Part shown: one piece after another, positions 37,440 to 50,619 of the stretch
Numbering within the stretch: position 1 is the stretch's first letter
How the letters are laid out: each line of letters opens with the position of its first letter
NCBI RefSeq assembly: GCF_001194135.2
Contig: NC_068983.1
Coordinates: forward strand, 113,301,854 to 113,359,057
DNA: 57,204 bases
Reading direction: 5' to 3'
Source: Octopus bimaculoides
Taxonomy: Eukaryota
The notes under the pieces: generated by a model
The model's input: only the letters and a program-made list of their open reading frames with translations
Told to the model about the DNA's origin: nothing
Databases searched by the model: none
Program-made: the position numbers and the translations under genes

Positions 37440-37700
37440 AAACAGAATTTCACGGAAGCACTCTGTTCCTTCGTTTCAGCCGTCGCAGAAATCGACGAAC
37501 AGGGCAGAAGCACGGCAAAACAATGACGCACCACGTGACAATAGTTTTCAGAAAGGCGCCGGTCGGCAGTTTGATGCCCGAGGGTCGCATCAAGAGGCTT
37601 CTGGCAGCGGAGGTCTGAACTACAACGGGCTTGTCTCACAGAGAACGCTTCCGGTTACTTCTAGGTACCTCCCATTGGCTCGGGAACGAAATTTACTTAG
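37440..37700. promoter_or_regulatory. CpG-rich island, candidate promoter
   Basis: Locally high GC and CpG in non-repetitive sequence. TGACGCA 37524-37530, CACGTG 37532-37537, CTTCCGG (ETS-like) 37648-37654, ATTGG 37674-37678. Confidence 0.45.
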
Positions 37701-38949
37701 GGGGTGCAAACCCAGACCCAAACTTTCTTTACATATTATGTCAAGCTTTTTTATCTATTAATTCATTTATGTTCTTTGTTCTTTGAGAAGAAACCTAATT
37801 CAAAGTACTTTTTACAGATCACTTTTTACTCACTGTTTTCCAAACATGAGAAAAGTAGGGGTGCAAATTTTGATTTTGAACAAAAAGTTTAGAGGGTGCA
37901 ATCACAACCTACTTCCAGGCCCATGCATATCTTTATTTTATCTATTCTGCGGTAGTAATCCTTTCCATATTTATGAAGGATTTCCAAAAACAAAATTGCA
38001 CTCAATATTCGAAGGTTGACGAAACCATTCGGTGATGCATAAGCACTAAATATTAGCACGTTGCGTCTTATGGCGGAAACAGCTGTAAGCTAATGAAGTT
38101 CATAAGATAAAAAGGCAATAACTAGAAACGCTTTAAATAAATAAAAAAACAGTTAAAACAGATGAGTTAGTATGAGAAATGGGGGTATCTGTTAAATAAT
38201 AGTTAGCATTGGTCTCCTTTATACTTGCGATCAACATGAACTTGAATCACTGTTCTGATTTTCTCTGGGGTGTGTGGATTGCTGACTAGTGAGTTTTATT
38301 TTATTTTCAGAATTCTTGGTAATCGATCAAAATTGTTGCTGGCAATTTATTCCTTCTTAAGGTATGAAACTTTATTAATCAGTTCAATAAGTAAATCCAT
38401 CTCTCAAAAAACAAAAAAAAAAATCACTCAAAAAATGTTCAAAACGTTTTGCACTTGATAAACAGGTTGGAACATTTTGATGTAAATTGAATTTGAAGTT
38501 ATTAAATCTTTGAATGTTTTACGAGTATCAAAATATTAGATCAAATTTGGTTTCAAACGGCTTCCGACTCTATTTTCATGTTCAAACACTTTCTGTTCAA
38601 AGAGGAATTTCTGGTGTGATATAGCAATCAAAATTAATAGGCATCCTAAGATGTAACTTTCACAAAAGCAACTAAAAGATATCTTTTTCACGAAAAATTC
38701 AGCATTTTGATATCAGAAGATTTTTGACATGGAATTTTCATTATTGTGTTCTTTTTGTTGTTTTTATTGTAGAAAAAGGGTTGTAACTGCAACACATAAA
38801 ATCAGCAGAAATTACTACAAAATTATAAAGGTCACAAGTTATATTTTGAATTCACCTTTCGTTGAAATATTGAATTTCCTTTTAGTGAAGTCTCTTCGAG
38901 ATTCACAATATCGATCGATCCACTAAGTGCAAGTGACAAGGTAGAGAGA

Positions 38950-39340
38950 AATAGAACTGCCAACTTATTAGGAATACCAGAATTTTAATTCGCCATACCA
39001 CGCACATAAAGAACCAGGATATCCAAATACTATACTTTATAACTTCTGAAAGATCAAAAGTATTGATAATGTTTTCAAAGAAATATTAAAAATACCTCTT
39101 AAAAGTCTACATAAAAATATGATTCTTGAAAGTGAAAGTTTTCGGAGATACTAAAAGTAGAAATTAACGGTATTTCTTTCTTAAGCAGGTTTTTGTAGAA
39201 CATGTCGATAACTAACCCCAAACCGAGTCTGAGATGTGATATTTTTTCTCTGTTAAAGACAACGCTTGTACCTGAGTATTCTCGTAAATGAATGAACATA
39301 TTTATAAAATGTATGGACATTGTACTAAACCAAAACTAAG
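38950..39340 (-). mobile_element. Possible decayed PLE thumb fragment
   Basis: GLGLVIDMF and FHFQE..YFFENIINTF-like segments; weak similarity only. Confidence 0.25.
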
Positions 39341-39835
39341 TGTTTTCTTATTATATCATCTCACTATACATCTATATGTATTCTGTGTTCCTTGATATCG
39401 AGTACAGTGTAGTTAGGTTTGTGTTTTATTTTCTAATCATAATGCGAGTATTCAGCGCGAAATATGTACAGTGCCTAGTAATGCTATTGTGAGTTAAGAA
39501 TTCTTTAGCAATGTTTGCTCCTCTCTCATTAATTAATGTTATCATGCGAGCCATTTCAAATGTTTCAGCACTTACTTCTCTGTATATTTTCCATGTAGGT
39601 GATGTCTTTGGTTATTTCCCATGGACTTTTGAGATAGCAATGCATTCAAAATCTCTGTATGTACATATATAACAATCTCTGAAGTGATGCTAAATAGATG
39701 AATTACAAAGCTTCAGTGTGAAAATATAATTCCAAAGCCTATTTGTTTTGTAAATGTGGCTGGAAAAAGATGAAGCTAATCTTCCCCTAACTATATTGCC
39801 TATTCCCAATGGTAAGTCAAAATAAAAGTGTTTCA

Positions 39836-39879
<44 letters not shown>

Positions 39880-39889
39880 NNNNNNNNNN

Positions 39890-39930
<41 letters not shown>

Positions 39931-40401
39931 GTAGGATGGCAATAAAGCTGATGACCTTATAAATGCTTTACTGTTTAGTCAGAGAGAGGAAGGTAGTACC
40001 CACGATCCTTAATTTTTCCAGGCTTTTCGATTCATATAGAAGCATAGACTAGCAACAGTGAACTGATATGAAGACATGAACGGACCAGGTTGTACTGCTC
40101 TTAGGTGACAGAAAATCTGTTGCTAGTGGGAAAACGGTTTAGATTTACCATTCAAGAACTCAGCATAGTGTCAATAGTAAAACATCTATTAACTCGTTCT
40201 GTACACTCATACACGAACGCACACGCACACACATACATACAAACATCCTTTGTGTGGATAATAACTAATTAATACTCACATATTGCTGTTTCTTGGGGAA
40301 TCGTAGATTTTAATACAAAGAGATAGATTACTTTCTATAACGTTATTTGGAAACGTGTCGGTCTTTTCTTATCTCTAAAGTGTGTATATGTGTATGTAAG
40401 T

Positions 40402-40442
<41 letters not shown>

Positions 40443-40749
40443 CGTGCGTGTGTGTGTATTTGTGTGCTTGTATACGTATGTATATGTGCTCATGTTTTGT
40501 TTGTACTTAATATGCGGAGAGATACAGCGTGCTGTTTTAGTACGATGTGTACACATTCCTTTGAAATATTTATATCGATTTCTGATATCGTGGTTGTGTT
40601 TAGAATATATCTGCATATATTTGACAATGTATTTGCCTCTAAATTTCATTGCTTGAGACGATGTTGTTCGTCAATTTGCTGTGTCTGTATAATCATACTT
40701 TCACATGATAAAATCGCATTTCATTGGAAGTAAGCAGACATTTTGTGTT

Positions 40750-41110
40750 CCTGTAGTTCGCTTCACAACTCCGTCGATTTTTAATCAATCCCATTTCACT
40801 GCAGCTTGATAAGTGTTACTTGGGGGTGAGTGAATACTTTGTGAGAGAATTTTAGTAGGAGTAGACTGCTCCGAAGCCAATCGGAGAGATTGGTTCTGCT
40901 TTTGTTTAATGACTTAAATGTCGCCAATTCAACATTACTACTTCTACTTTAAGTGCCTCTAATTTTGTTCATTTTGTTGCAAACATTTGAGCTAGTCTTT
41001 AGTCCTTTCATATTTTCCTCTCTCAAACAAAAGAAGCTCTGAATAGGTTCAAGAATGCTGTCCTTGCTACTTCTATCGAGAGATCTGTCAAACGTCATAG
41101 GCGTTGCCCT
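40750..41110 (-). mobile_element. Possible RTE-type LINE remnant
   Basis: ISR..EVARTAFLNL resembles the post-RT RI..AR.AF motif. Confidence 0.3.
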
Positions 41111-41989
41111 TTCTCATCCGATAAAGATTGCTATTGTTATTGTTGTTGTTGTCGTCGTCGTCGTCGTCGTCGTCGCTGTTGTTGTTGCATAGTTCCAGGT
41201 TATCAATGATAAAAGACATTCCAGCTGTAAGCATCCTGGTCTTTTCCTATGAACAGAGTGTCCAGGACTGTTTTATCCAGAGACTGACATTCCAGGGAAA
41301 TATGACTGCTAATTTTAATCAGCCATTTAGAGGCTCTCTCAATGGTTCAATAAAAAATTAAAACTTCTCCGTATTGTTTTAATATTTGCTCTATGCACAG
41401 ATTTTATGGCAGGCATTTTATGTCCACGTGCGTAGAGTTAGAGAAAAATTAGCGGATCGAAATTTTGAAGTCACTGTCATTCATTTGGTTGNNNNNNNNN
41501 NNNNNNNNNNNNNNNNNNNNNNNNNNNNNNNNNNNNNNNNNNNNNNNNNNNNNNNNNNNNNNNNNNNNNNNNNNNNNNNNNNNNNNNNNNNNNNNNNNNN
41601 NNNNNNNNNNNNNNNNNNNNNNNNNNNNNNNNNNNNNNNNNNNNNNNNNNNNNNNNNNNNNNNNNNNNNNNNNNNNNNNNNNNNNNNNNNNNNNNNNNNN
41701 NNNNNNNNNNNNNNNNNNNNNNNNNNNNNNNNNNNNNNNNNNNNNNNNNNNNNNNNNNNNNNNNNNNNNNNNNNNNNNNNNNNNNNNNNNNNNNNNNNNN
41801 NNNNNNNNNNNNNNNNNNNNNNNNNNNNNNNGGTCACTTGGAATTTTTTAAAAACCGATTTTTAATCAGCATTGATTTTTTAAAAATCGTAAAATTTCGG
41901 CATTTTTCGCACTAGTCATCGTGACATCAATTTGAAGAAAAATGCCAAATATATTCTGAACTTTTTATGGCCAGTGGGGGGATTCACCC

Positions 41990-42700
41990 TGATGGCCAGA
42001 AAACCCGGTGACTATACCTTTATCTTTCTCCATGGAGATTAAGCCGGGTCACCTGTACCCACCTTTCTTACCACATCCTTCCGAGTTTTCTCGAACACAC
42101 CTCACGACAGTCATCTCCTCTCCAGCCCTATCTTGCTCTTCAAATGATATCTGAAATAAGTGAGCAATCTAGGTTCAGAGATGAAGGTTCCCGTCACGAA
42201 TCCTTGCATTCTTGTCTTCCAAGCACACTCTTTCAACACTGCCACTGTAAGGAGAAAACATGCCTCACCTTCCTTCGAGAATCAGGTAGGCGGCACAATC
42301 TTTATTATAGATCCAGCTGATAGCTGTACTCTATCTACGTGTGACAACACATGTTCAACGTAATCAAGCTTGAAAGCTCCCGACAGTGTACAAAAGCGTG
42401 CTCGGACGCTTTCATCGTCCAGCCCGCATCTTCGACATGTCGTTGGCACTGCCAGTCCGTGCCTGGATAACTTATCGCGAACAGGTAAATGATTCTTGTA
42501 GCACTGCCAGGTCAGGGATTTTCGGTAACTATCCAAACGCACCGGCCTGAAAGTCTTTTGGAACAGGTTGGTAAGTTGGTTCTCATCAAACCCCAGCTGG
42601 TGATGAAAACTCATTCCACTCGCAAAATACTATATGCTTTTTTGCAGCGACAAACTGTCGCTGATTTCGAAAAAGGAGAAATAAGCTATATTAAATCTCT
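41990..42700 (-). mobile_element. Tx1/L1-type LINE ORF2 3' fragment (Zn-knuckle region)
   Basis: RKSLTWQCYKNHLPVRDKLSRHG..TCRRCGLDDESV (ORF 42282-42614) continuing VAVLKECAWKTR. Confidence 0.75.
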
Positions 42701-43412
42701 GGGCGAGAGGTAAGCAGCAACACTACAGAATCATAAAATATATTCGCCAACTAAATGTGACAGTCCCATAGAAGAAGATGTTACTTTTGTTTTGTTGTTT
42801 TTTGACCCAGGAATGTGATATCGCCTGATGAGATGAATCCATGACGATGATCGACCTGATACCCACAGATACTAAGAACTGCATTGTGATCAGCCCAAGA
42901 ATATGGACTGTGATCTTAAGAGATATGTTGTTTGTGGAAACGCGCGTAGCGATGCATTAAATGTTCTTAAATTCCATCCAAGGATTATTGTTATTATATA
43001 TATATATATATATTTATGTATGTATGTATGTATGTATGTATGTATGTATGTATGTATGTATGTATGTATATATGTATGTATAGCCGCATATACACACGCA
43101 CACTCTTTTGTGAGGTCNNNNNNNNNNNNNNNNNNNNNNNNNNNNNNNNNNNNNNNNNNNNNNNNNNNNNNNNNNNNNNNNNNNNNNNNNNNNNNNNNNN
43201 NNNNNNNNNNNNNNNNNNNNNNNNNNNNNNNNNNNNNNNNNNNNNNNNNNNNNNNNNNNNNNNNNNNNNNNNNNNNNNNNNNNNNNNNNNNCAATGTTTA
43301 TACATAATGCAGTTTATATGAAGTGCTCAACGAGCAAATAAATACAAGAAATAATTTTTGTTTCTTTTTTATGGAAACAAAAGGGTTTATAATATTATAT
43401 ATATATATATAT

Positions 43413-43560
43413 GGGAGAATTTACGAAAAGAACAACAACAGACGAGGACAGGTGGTGTAAACAACAAAAGGATGTATTAGTTTAACGCTCGGGAATAGAG
43501 AAATTCTTTAACGTTTCGAGCTACGCTCTTCAACAGAAAGAAGTAAGGAGAAAAACAAGG
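43413..43560 (-). mobile_element. PLE-type terminal repeat abutting (TA)n, carrying a hammerhead-like motif
   Basis: Homologous to 49445-49595; see the ribozyme feature. Confidence 0.65.
43504..43542 (-). ncRNA. Type I minimal hammerhead-ribozyme-like motif, variant core
   Basis: TTCTTT-CTGTTGA-A-GAGC(gta)GCTC-GAAA-CG-TT-AAAGAA: 6-bp stem I, 4-bp stem II and palindromic AACGTT stem III. Confidence 0.6.
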
Positions 43561-44399
43561 AGAAAAAAATTTAAATGTCGTGTACATGTGTGTGTATGTG
43601 ATTGTGTGTGTTTGTATGTATGGTGTTTATTCTTTTTTGACTCACTCCAAGCAGCTAGGGACAATGTGATTGAATGTATCTTTCCAATTTGTGTTTCATT
43701 ATATTGTTTTTGACAGTCTCAAGGATGAATGCTTTGGTTTCGTGCGGTAGTCATAAAGACTATGAACTCAGTTTTATATCATATTCTACTCAGCTAGAGT
43801 GAAGACGTTTCTTTAATCCCTTCTAATTTGTTCTGTCTGTAAGGCATTGACCACGCTACCGATGTCCCAGCCATTGTATTAAGAAGATATTCTGATATTT
43901 CTCTAATAGTTCTCTAAGCTCCAGGTAATTTTACCTCAACAGAAAATAGCGTATTTTATAGCTATTTATATCAGTTCTATTATATTCTCGACCTTATACT
44001 TTCTAGTCTCTACAGCAAGTATTTTATAATTTTCTAGTTCATAAAGACACGTAACTTACTGTATTAGTGTAAATACATTTCTGGGTTATAGTTTAAATGT
44101 AATATTACGCTTATTTATGCGGTACTCAGGAGGATTACAACTAGTTAATAAGAGGCAAAAGAGAAAGTAAAGCAACGGCAAGATAAATCAAGAAAATTGT
44201 AACAATAGCTAAATGGATATGAAAAGTAACAGATGAAAAAACAAACCATAAAAGGTGAAGATTAAAAAGATTTTGTTGTGTCTGGGGAGAGTCATACTGC
44301 CTTGTGGAAAAGAGAAAATAGGCAAGTCAGAAGAATATTTAATGGATTTCAGCAAGCATAAAATTTTTGAGTGATTGCAGTTAAGTAACAATTAAAGAT

Positions 44400-45900
44400 T
44401 GCCATGTGCACAGTGTTCTCCACTTCAAAAATTCTGAGCATAAAAATTGTTTCCAGAATTTATAGATGCAGCACTGCGCTTTGATTTCTTTAGCATAATT
44501 CAATGGGGAAGACATTACATTTAAAATGTGTTCAAAGTTGTCGGAGTAGCGATATCAGATAGCCTTGTAGATCACTGCCAAGTCAGCGGCTAGATGTCGA
44601 TGTTGTTTAAAATAACAAGATATTGATTGATAAGTGATTGATAAAAACTTTCCTGTGGTCACATTTCTAAACAGTTTACAATAGATCTATATTCTGCATA
44701 ACGGGTGTATTCCAGACTGGAGATGTATCTCTGAAATTGAGCTTTTAATAGATGACCAACAAATGGCTGCAAAGGTTTTACTAAGCGATTCTGAGAGAAC
44801 TCAAGTTGTTTTAGCCTAGCTTGTTGAAGATAATAACTTGGACGCGCTAACACTGAGATAATAGTAAATCATGGGATTTTCTTCATGAAGTACATTGGTT
44901 TGCACTTGCCTAGAGCTTATTTAAGTTGGTATTCAGTAATCTATTGCGTAGAATCCGTTTTCATTTATTTCATGATAAGCCTTGTTGTGTATTTTATCTT
45001 AGCAACTTTCATGTTAGCGTATATTTGGTTACTATATGCTTGGAACAACAACGGACTTTGATTAAATCAGTGTGGAACTCCAGATATCATCGCGTAAAAT
45101 ACATAATGGTGTCCCAGCACTACATGACTTATATTTTACGATCAAGTTTGAAAGACATCAGCCATAAAGCTTAGCGCTGATGATTGTTGCTGAGTTTCAC
45201 CAAAAGACATTTGTCCGCCACAGAATTAAGGACCTTGGTGAAATCGAGATAAACGACATACCCGCATGAGCTACTCGTAGTTCAAGAAATTTTATATATT
45301 GTCCAGAACTGGAGTTATGGATGAATCAAAATTGCGAAGGTCGAATGAATTTATAGGAGCACCGGACATGTCACAATGCCAGGAAAAGTGATAACAAATT
45401 AATGTATAGATGTAAATAGCAAAGCCAAGATATCTTCAAGACTATAAGACCAGTTCAAATCCAGGGTAAAAGCTAGAAAACCGTTCGACTTTGTGACCAG
45501 TAAAACGTTTCCCGATTCACCTGAAAGTAGTAAAATCAATAGTAATGTAAACATGAATTACTTTTTTTTCCTAAATATGACTCTAAGGACGTCAGAAACT
45601 ACGTTTTATATGACATATCGGAGGACATTAAACAATCCTAAGTAGAAGTATTGTCGTATTAATACAGACTTCGCAGAGAAATAATACCTGTTGTAACTAA
45701 TTCATGAATTGTTGAACATTTTGAGCAAAGATAGATCACACTACCTCTGCAATGATCAGGGCCATTTCTACGAATAACTTTTAGTCAACCACGTAATAAA
45801 TGTAATCACAGATAATAGAATGTTCGCATACTTCTCTGACTTTAATGAAATCAGGATCAATATTTTGAGAGTAAAAACTGAGATGGTGAACTTTGTTGCC
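44400..45900 (-). mobile_element. Decayed CR1-type LINE RT and C-terminus
   Basis: VVYLDFTK (~45245-45270), SGVP-like segment and RHLAADLAVIYK (~44565-44600). Confidence 0.6.
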
Positions 45901-46449
45901 TTTGGTGATCATTTAAAAACAGAAAGTTGTCAATAGATTTAAGCATATCATGATTCAGAATAAATACTGCACTGTTCTCGTTTCGTGAAGCGGAACTTTA
46001 CCGGTACTCTCCATAGATGATTTGATATCCCCAAGCCAATGGTAGCAATCCTAGTCAAGTACGATAAACGACGCGATTTTCGAACCTAACATTTTCAAAA
46101 GCTAATCAGTAACCATCTCAGAGAGGCTTCAGAAAATTCATAGCCGTCTTGTTTTAGACTCCGGTTGGTCGAAGTTGCAAATATTTTGAGCGATGTATTC
46201 AAGATGCCGTTATTTTCGCTATTACTCTGTCTAGTCTTGCTACTTTACAACTTAGTTGAGAAGTAAATTTAATTTCTTAGTAGATAGCTAGAGTATTTCT
46301 GTCTGTTACTTTATATGTTGCATGCAGATGTTTTAAGTAATAATTTAATTTTGTACGTAATATTCCTTCCTAAACTTTTCTGTTATTTCTATGCATTGCA
46401 CTCTGTGTAGTTCATGAAACTCATGTTTTTTGTCAGTACGTTTGGTTTA

Positions 46450-48200
46450 ATTCTCTTTTTTTTTTCTTTGTATAACATTTTAATGATATTATTAACTTTC
46501 CTATCTTCAAAGTTATCTTGGCATATCTTTCTAGACCGAATTTCGTTTCAATTTCTCAACTCAGTTAGAGTACTGACAATAATAGTGTTTCAAATGTATC
46601 GTACAATTCAGCGTCATCCATTTATGACACATGGTTGATTCTCCTTCTGTTAACGTAAAGCAGACAACTAGTTGAGAGAAACGGTGTCTTAGGAATACTC
46701 TCTTAAGATTCGTTTTTATTTCTTTCTTGTTTTTTATTACTAGAATTGTTTACTTTTTATTCACTACATGTGTGACATACCTGCTTATTATTGGAGCCCA
46801 CGGATTTTACAAATATGTCACTAGAATCGTGCGTGTGAACAGTATGTAAAGCTTTATCGTAATCGCTATATGCCATATTCATACACATCTTTTTAATTTA
46901 TAGCCTTTGATTATTGTTTTTTTTATCAATAAGTGAGCGATTATCTTATCTTCTTCAGGAAGTGGAAGTAAGTTGTTACTTCTAGGTTATCATATATTCT
47001 CCGAGCTTTTACTGTAGTTAAGGCTTTGTATTCTTAAGGTAGAAAGGTCATGGGTTCATTGTCTTTGAGATTCACTGTTTTTTATTTAGTTTTCGCTTTA
47101 GGTGGTATTGTGGCTATATTTCTCTCTATGTGCGACGATCAGCTTTTGTTTTTTGATCTTTCAACAAAGCAGTAAATATATCGCCTATACTTTCTGTATT
47201 CTAGAAGAATATTTCAGTCAGATATCTGTGATTATATCACTTCTTAATCCATTCGAGTTATTTATTTTGCTTTTGTTTCTTAGTTCAGGTGCTGCATATG
47301 ACTTGCGTTCTTGACTGTAGCAATCCTATTGCTGTTCATAATCCATCCCAGGATTTTTATACTTGCCTTGAAAGAAGGACTGCAATGATTTTTATTGGTT
47401 TTTATATAGCTTTTAATAAAATTGCTTTGGTTTGGGGTTGATTCGTTTGCATTGTTTAAATAATTGCTGTTTTCATAATAGATTCTTTGCAATTTAGAAA
47501 AGATCTCTTTTCCATATTTGATTTCAGGTACATTATGTTTGTTATGCTATATTTCTGTCGTCACATTTTCTTGTATTTGTTTTATTTTGATCTTTAATTC
47601 TGGACCGAGTGTTCTTTCAATTCATTATTTTATTTCTCTCTCTCTGTAGGTTTGTTTCTCATGTTGTCTGTTTCATCATTCATATTTCTGTATGATGTGT
47701 TGCAATGTAGAACCAGCTTTCTTTTTTTTTTTTAATTGATTACTGCATAATGTATTATGGTAATATAGAGGCTTGAATATGTTCAATTTTGCATTTTTTC
47801 ATTGTTGTTACTTTATTATTACTTTTTATGCTTAGACTGAATTTTTTTCATTTGGCCCGATGGAATATCTAGAGATTTTATTTCTTAAATCATTTTCCCC
47901 TTTACATTATGGACATATTCTAAATTTACCTCCTTAGAATTTTCTGTTCCCGTGTTCACTTTTGCTCATATTTGAGGTTTTGTAGTTGCGGTTCGACTTT
48001 TGTTGGTCATTAATATGTAGCTATGCCAGTGATTGATGCTTTGTGTTTTATTAGTTACTTTATTTGTTCTGCTTTTACAAAGTCTATCTTCATCATTTAT
48101 GTTTCCAGTATTATATGCTTTAACGTTTGTATTTTCGCTCTCTGCATTCCTATTACTGCCTGATTTCTTTTTCTTTGTCAGTTGTTTGTAGTTTCTTTTT
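46450..48200 (-). mobile_element. Highly decayed R4/Dong-type RT region
   Basis: Strong A-skew on the minus strand, NMAYSDYDKALHTV (~46845-46885; like AWIDYKKAFDSV), and LLIDKK just upstream. Confidence 0.45.
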
Positions 48201-49043
48201 TCTTTTCTTTCTTGAAACCTTTCTATTTATATGTTAGATACTCAGATACATTTTTAAATTAGCGAATGTATCGTATCAAATTACCATGTGCGTAGATGTT
48301 CATAGTTAACTTTAAGATCAAGAGCCAAGGTTATTTTTTCCTTTCCTTATATAACACGTATATGTTGAGGTTATCTCGTTCTGGAGGGTAGAATGCTGCT
48401 GTAAAATATGTACAATGCAGACGCGTATTGTTCTGATGTCTATGTATGTATTTTTCTGCTTTATTTATAGGGCTTTAGAAGTAACTACAGGCTCTTTCGT
48501 GTTTAAAACAGTCATTATTTTGCCAAATGAAAGATTGTATTGATTAAACAATCGTTCATTCACTGCACAATATTACAGTAATCAAATTAACTTATTCAGT
48601 CATTCATAAACAACTTACCTCGGCCCAACGGAATCTTCTACGCTTCTTTACATCCTCTGCACCACCACTTGACATACAATTTATTCCACTACTTGACCTA
48701 TTTGTATCTTATAATAATGCTACTTGTCATTACGTTACTTAGCTCATGAGTAACGCTTTCACGTGATTACAGAAAAAGAGAGAGTGAAAGAAAAGAGGGA
48801 GAGAGAGAGAGAGAAATAGGATGAGGCGAAGAGTGAGGCAGAAAGTGAGAGATAAAGAAAAGGAGGGAAAGGGAAATGACGGATAGAGAAGTGTCCATTA
48901 TATGTGGTAGGGGAACGTGATATTTATTACTCGGTTAAATAGGTTAGTTGAAGGTAGTGATATAGAGGAGAGTCAAGCATATAATTTTAGCTGATGGGTG
49001 ATGTTCTGATGGTGAGATTAATGGAAAGCAGAGAAAAAGATAG

Positions 49044-49086
<43 letters not shown>

Positions 49087-49444
49087 TATATTCCTTCCCA
49101 TCTCACCCCATTCCTTCCCATCCCACCACATTCCACCCCATCCTACCCATCCCATCCGTTACACCCCAAACCTGATTACCCCACTTTCGCTTCCCCCACC
49201 TCCCAACAGCTTCACATCACTCCACGCTACACCCTATTACACAACACATCACAACACACTACCACGCACACACCAGCACTGACCGATTCCCATCCCCACA
49301 TGTTTACACCTTCTCACCTACATACACGCACCTTTGTTTTGGGATCACTACTTTTTTGTTATCTCCCCTTCTTCTTAACTCTCCTGTGTGACCCTTCTGT
49401 CCGGTATTCGCTATGATAGATCGCTGACCACTACACATATTTTT

Positions 49445-49595
49445 TTCTCACCTTGTTTCTTTCTGTGTTCCTTTCTGTTGAAGAGCGTAGGCTCGAAATT
49501 TTAAAGACTTTCTCCGTTCCCGAGCGTTATACAAATACATCCATTTGTTGTTTACACCACCTGTCTTCGTCTGTTGCTTTTTCGTGAATTCTCCC
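49445..49595 (+). mobile_element. Second copy of the 43413-43560 terminal repeat, with hammerhead-like motif at 49471-49508
   Basis: CTTT-CTGTTGA-A-GAGC(gtag)GCTC-GAAA-TT-TT-AAAG; ends GAATTCTCCC followed by (TA)n. Confidence 0.65.
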
Positions 49596-49608
49596 ATATA
49601 TATATGGT

Positions 49609-49945
49609 GGGGGAGGGGTGGCGATGGCGGTGGCGGTGGCGGCGGCGGNNNNNNNNNNNNNNNNNNNNNNNNNNNNNNNNNNNNNNNNNNNNNNNNNNNN
49701 NNNNNNNNNNNNNNNNNNNNNNNNNNNNNNNNNNNNNNNNNNNNNNNNNNNNNNNNNNNNNNNNNNNNNNNNNNNNNNNNNNNNNNNNNNNNNNNNNNNN
49801 NNNNNNNNNNNNNNNNNNNNNNNNNNNNNGGCGGCGGCGTTGGTGTTGGTGTTGGTGTTGGTGGTCGTCGTCGTCGTGATGGTCGTCGTGGTGGTCGTGG
49901 TCGTGGTCGTGGTGATCGTCGTCGTCGTCGTCGTGGCAGTGGTGA
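49609..49945. repeat. GC-rich compound trinucleotide repeats (GGC, GGT, CGT) around a gap
   Basis: Direct reading. Confidence 0.85.
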
Positions 49946-50619
49946 GTGCATAGTGAAAGGGAATTTATTTTTAATTGAAATAAGTTTTATTATATCGCCT
50001 ACAAATTGAAATGCGTATTGGTTCTGACCCATCGCCTTAGCTTACAAGTAACCAACGATGTGGATATCAGAGTACGCCATGTTACATTAAACTTTTACCT
50101 CTGTGAAATTGCGACCCCTATATTTTACATATAAAATAATTTTTTTTTACTATAAAATTTTTGTTTTTTATATATGAAACTATGACCGAGTAAATTTTAA
50201 AATGTAAATTTTATAAAGTAATTTTTTCTGTTTATGGAGAAAATGGAAAAATAAGAGTGAATATAAAATTGTGCATAAAATATATAAAGTCTATATATGA
50301 AGTGCATTAAGTAATCATTGTATACCAATTTCTTTCATTTTCAATGAGTAGTAGATGAGTGTCTATCTTTCCATACAGACACAACACAGGCGACGATTTC
50401 AAGTTTTCTGGATTAAGGTTTTCAGAAATAATCTCATAGGTTTACCAATAATTCCGTGAAATATTTATGGGTTCCGCTAGTTATTATTATACACCGAAAC
50501 TAGCATACACTACAAGATTAACAAATAACCTTATAGTCATGAAAAAAATAACTGGTATCCTTGAAGCAATATTATGATTGGCTAGTTTTCTCTAGTTTTC
50601 TAGAATTCTATTGTTTCAC

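Noticed and set aside
42815-42860. Hammerhead at CTGATGAG (also CTGATGAC at 36322)
   Set aside because: No downstream stem II followed by GAAA.
43413-49595. A single 6.2-kb DNA transposon with 150-bp TIRs
   Set aside because: The arms are only ~80% alike, carry PLE-type hammerhead motifs, and enclose unrelated LINE debris with no transposase. Two independent insertions into (TA)n are simpler.
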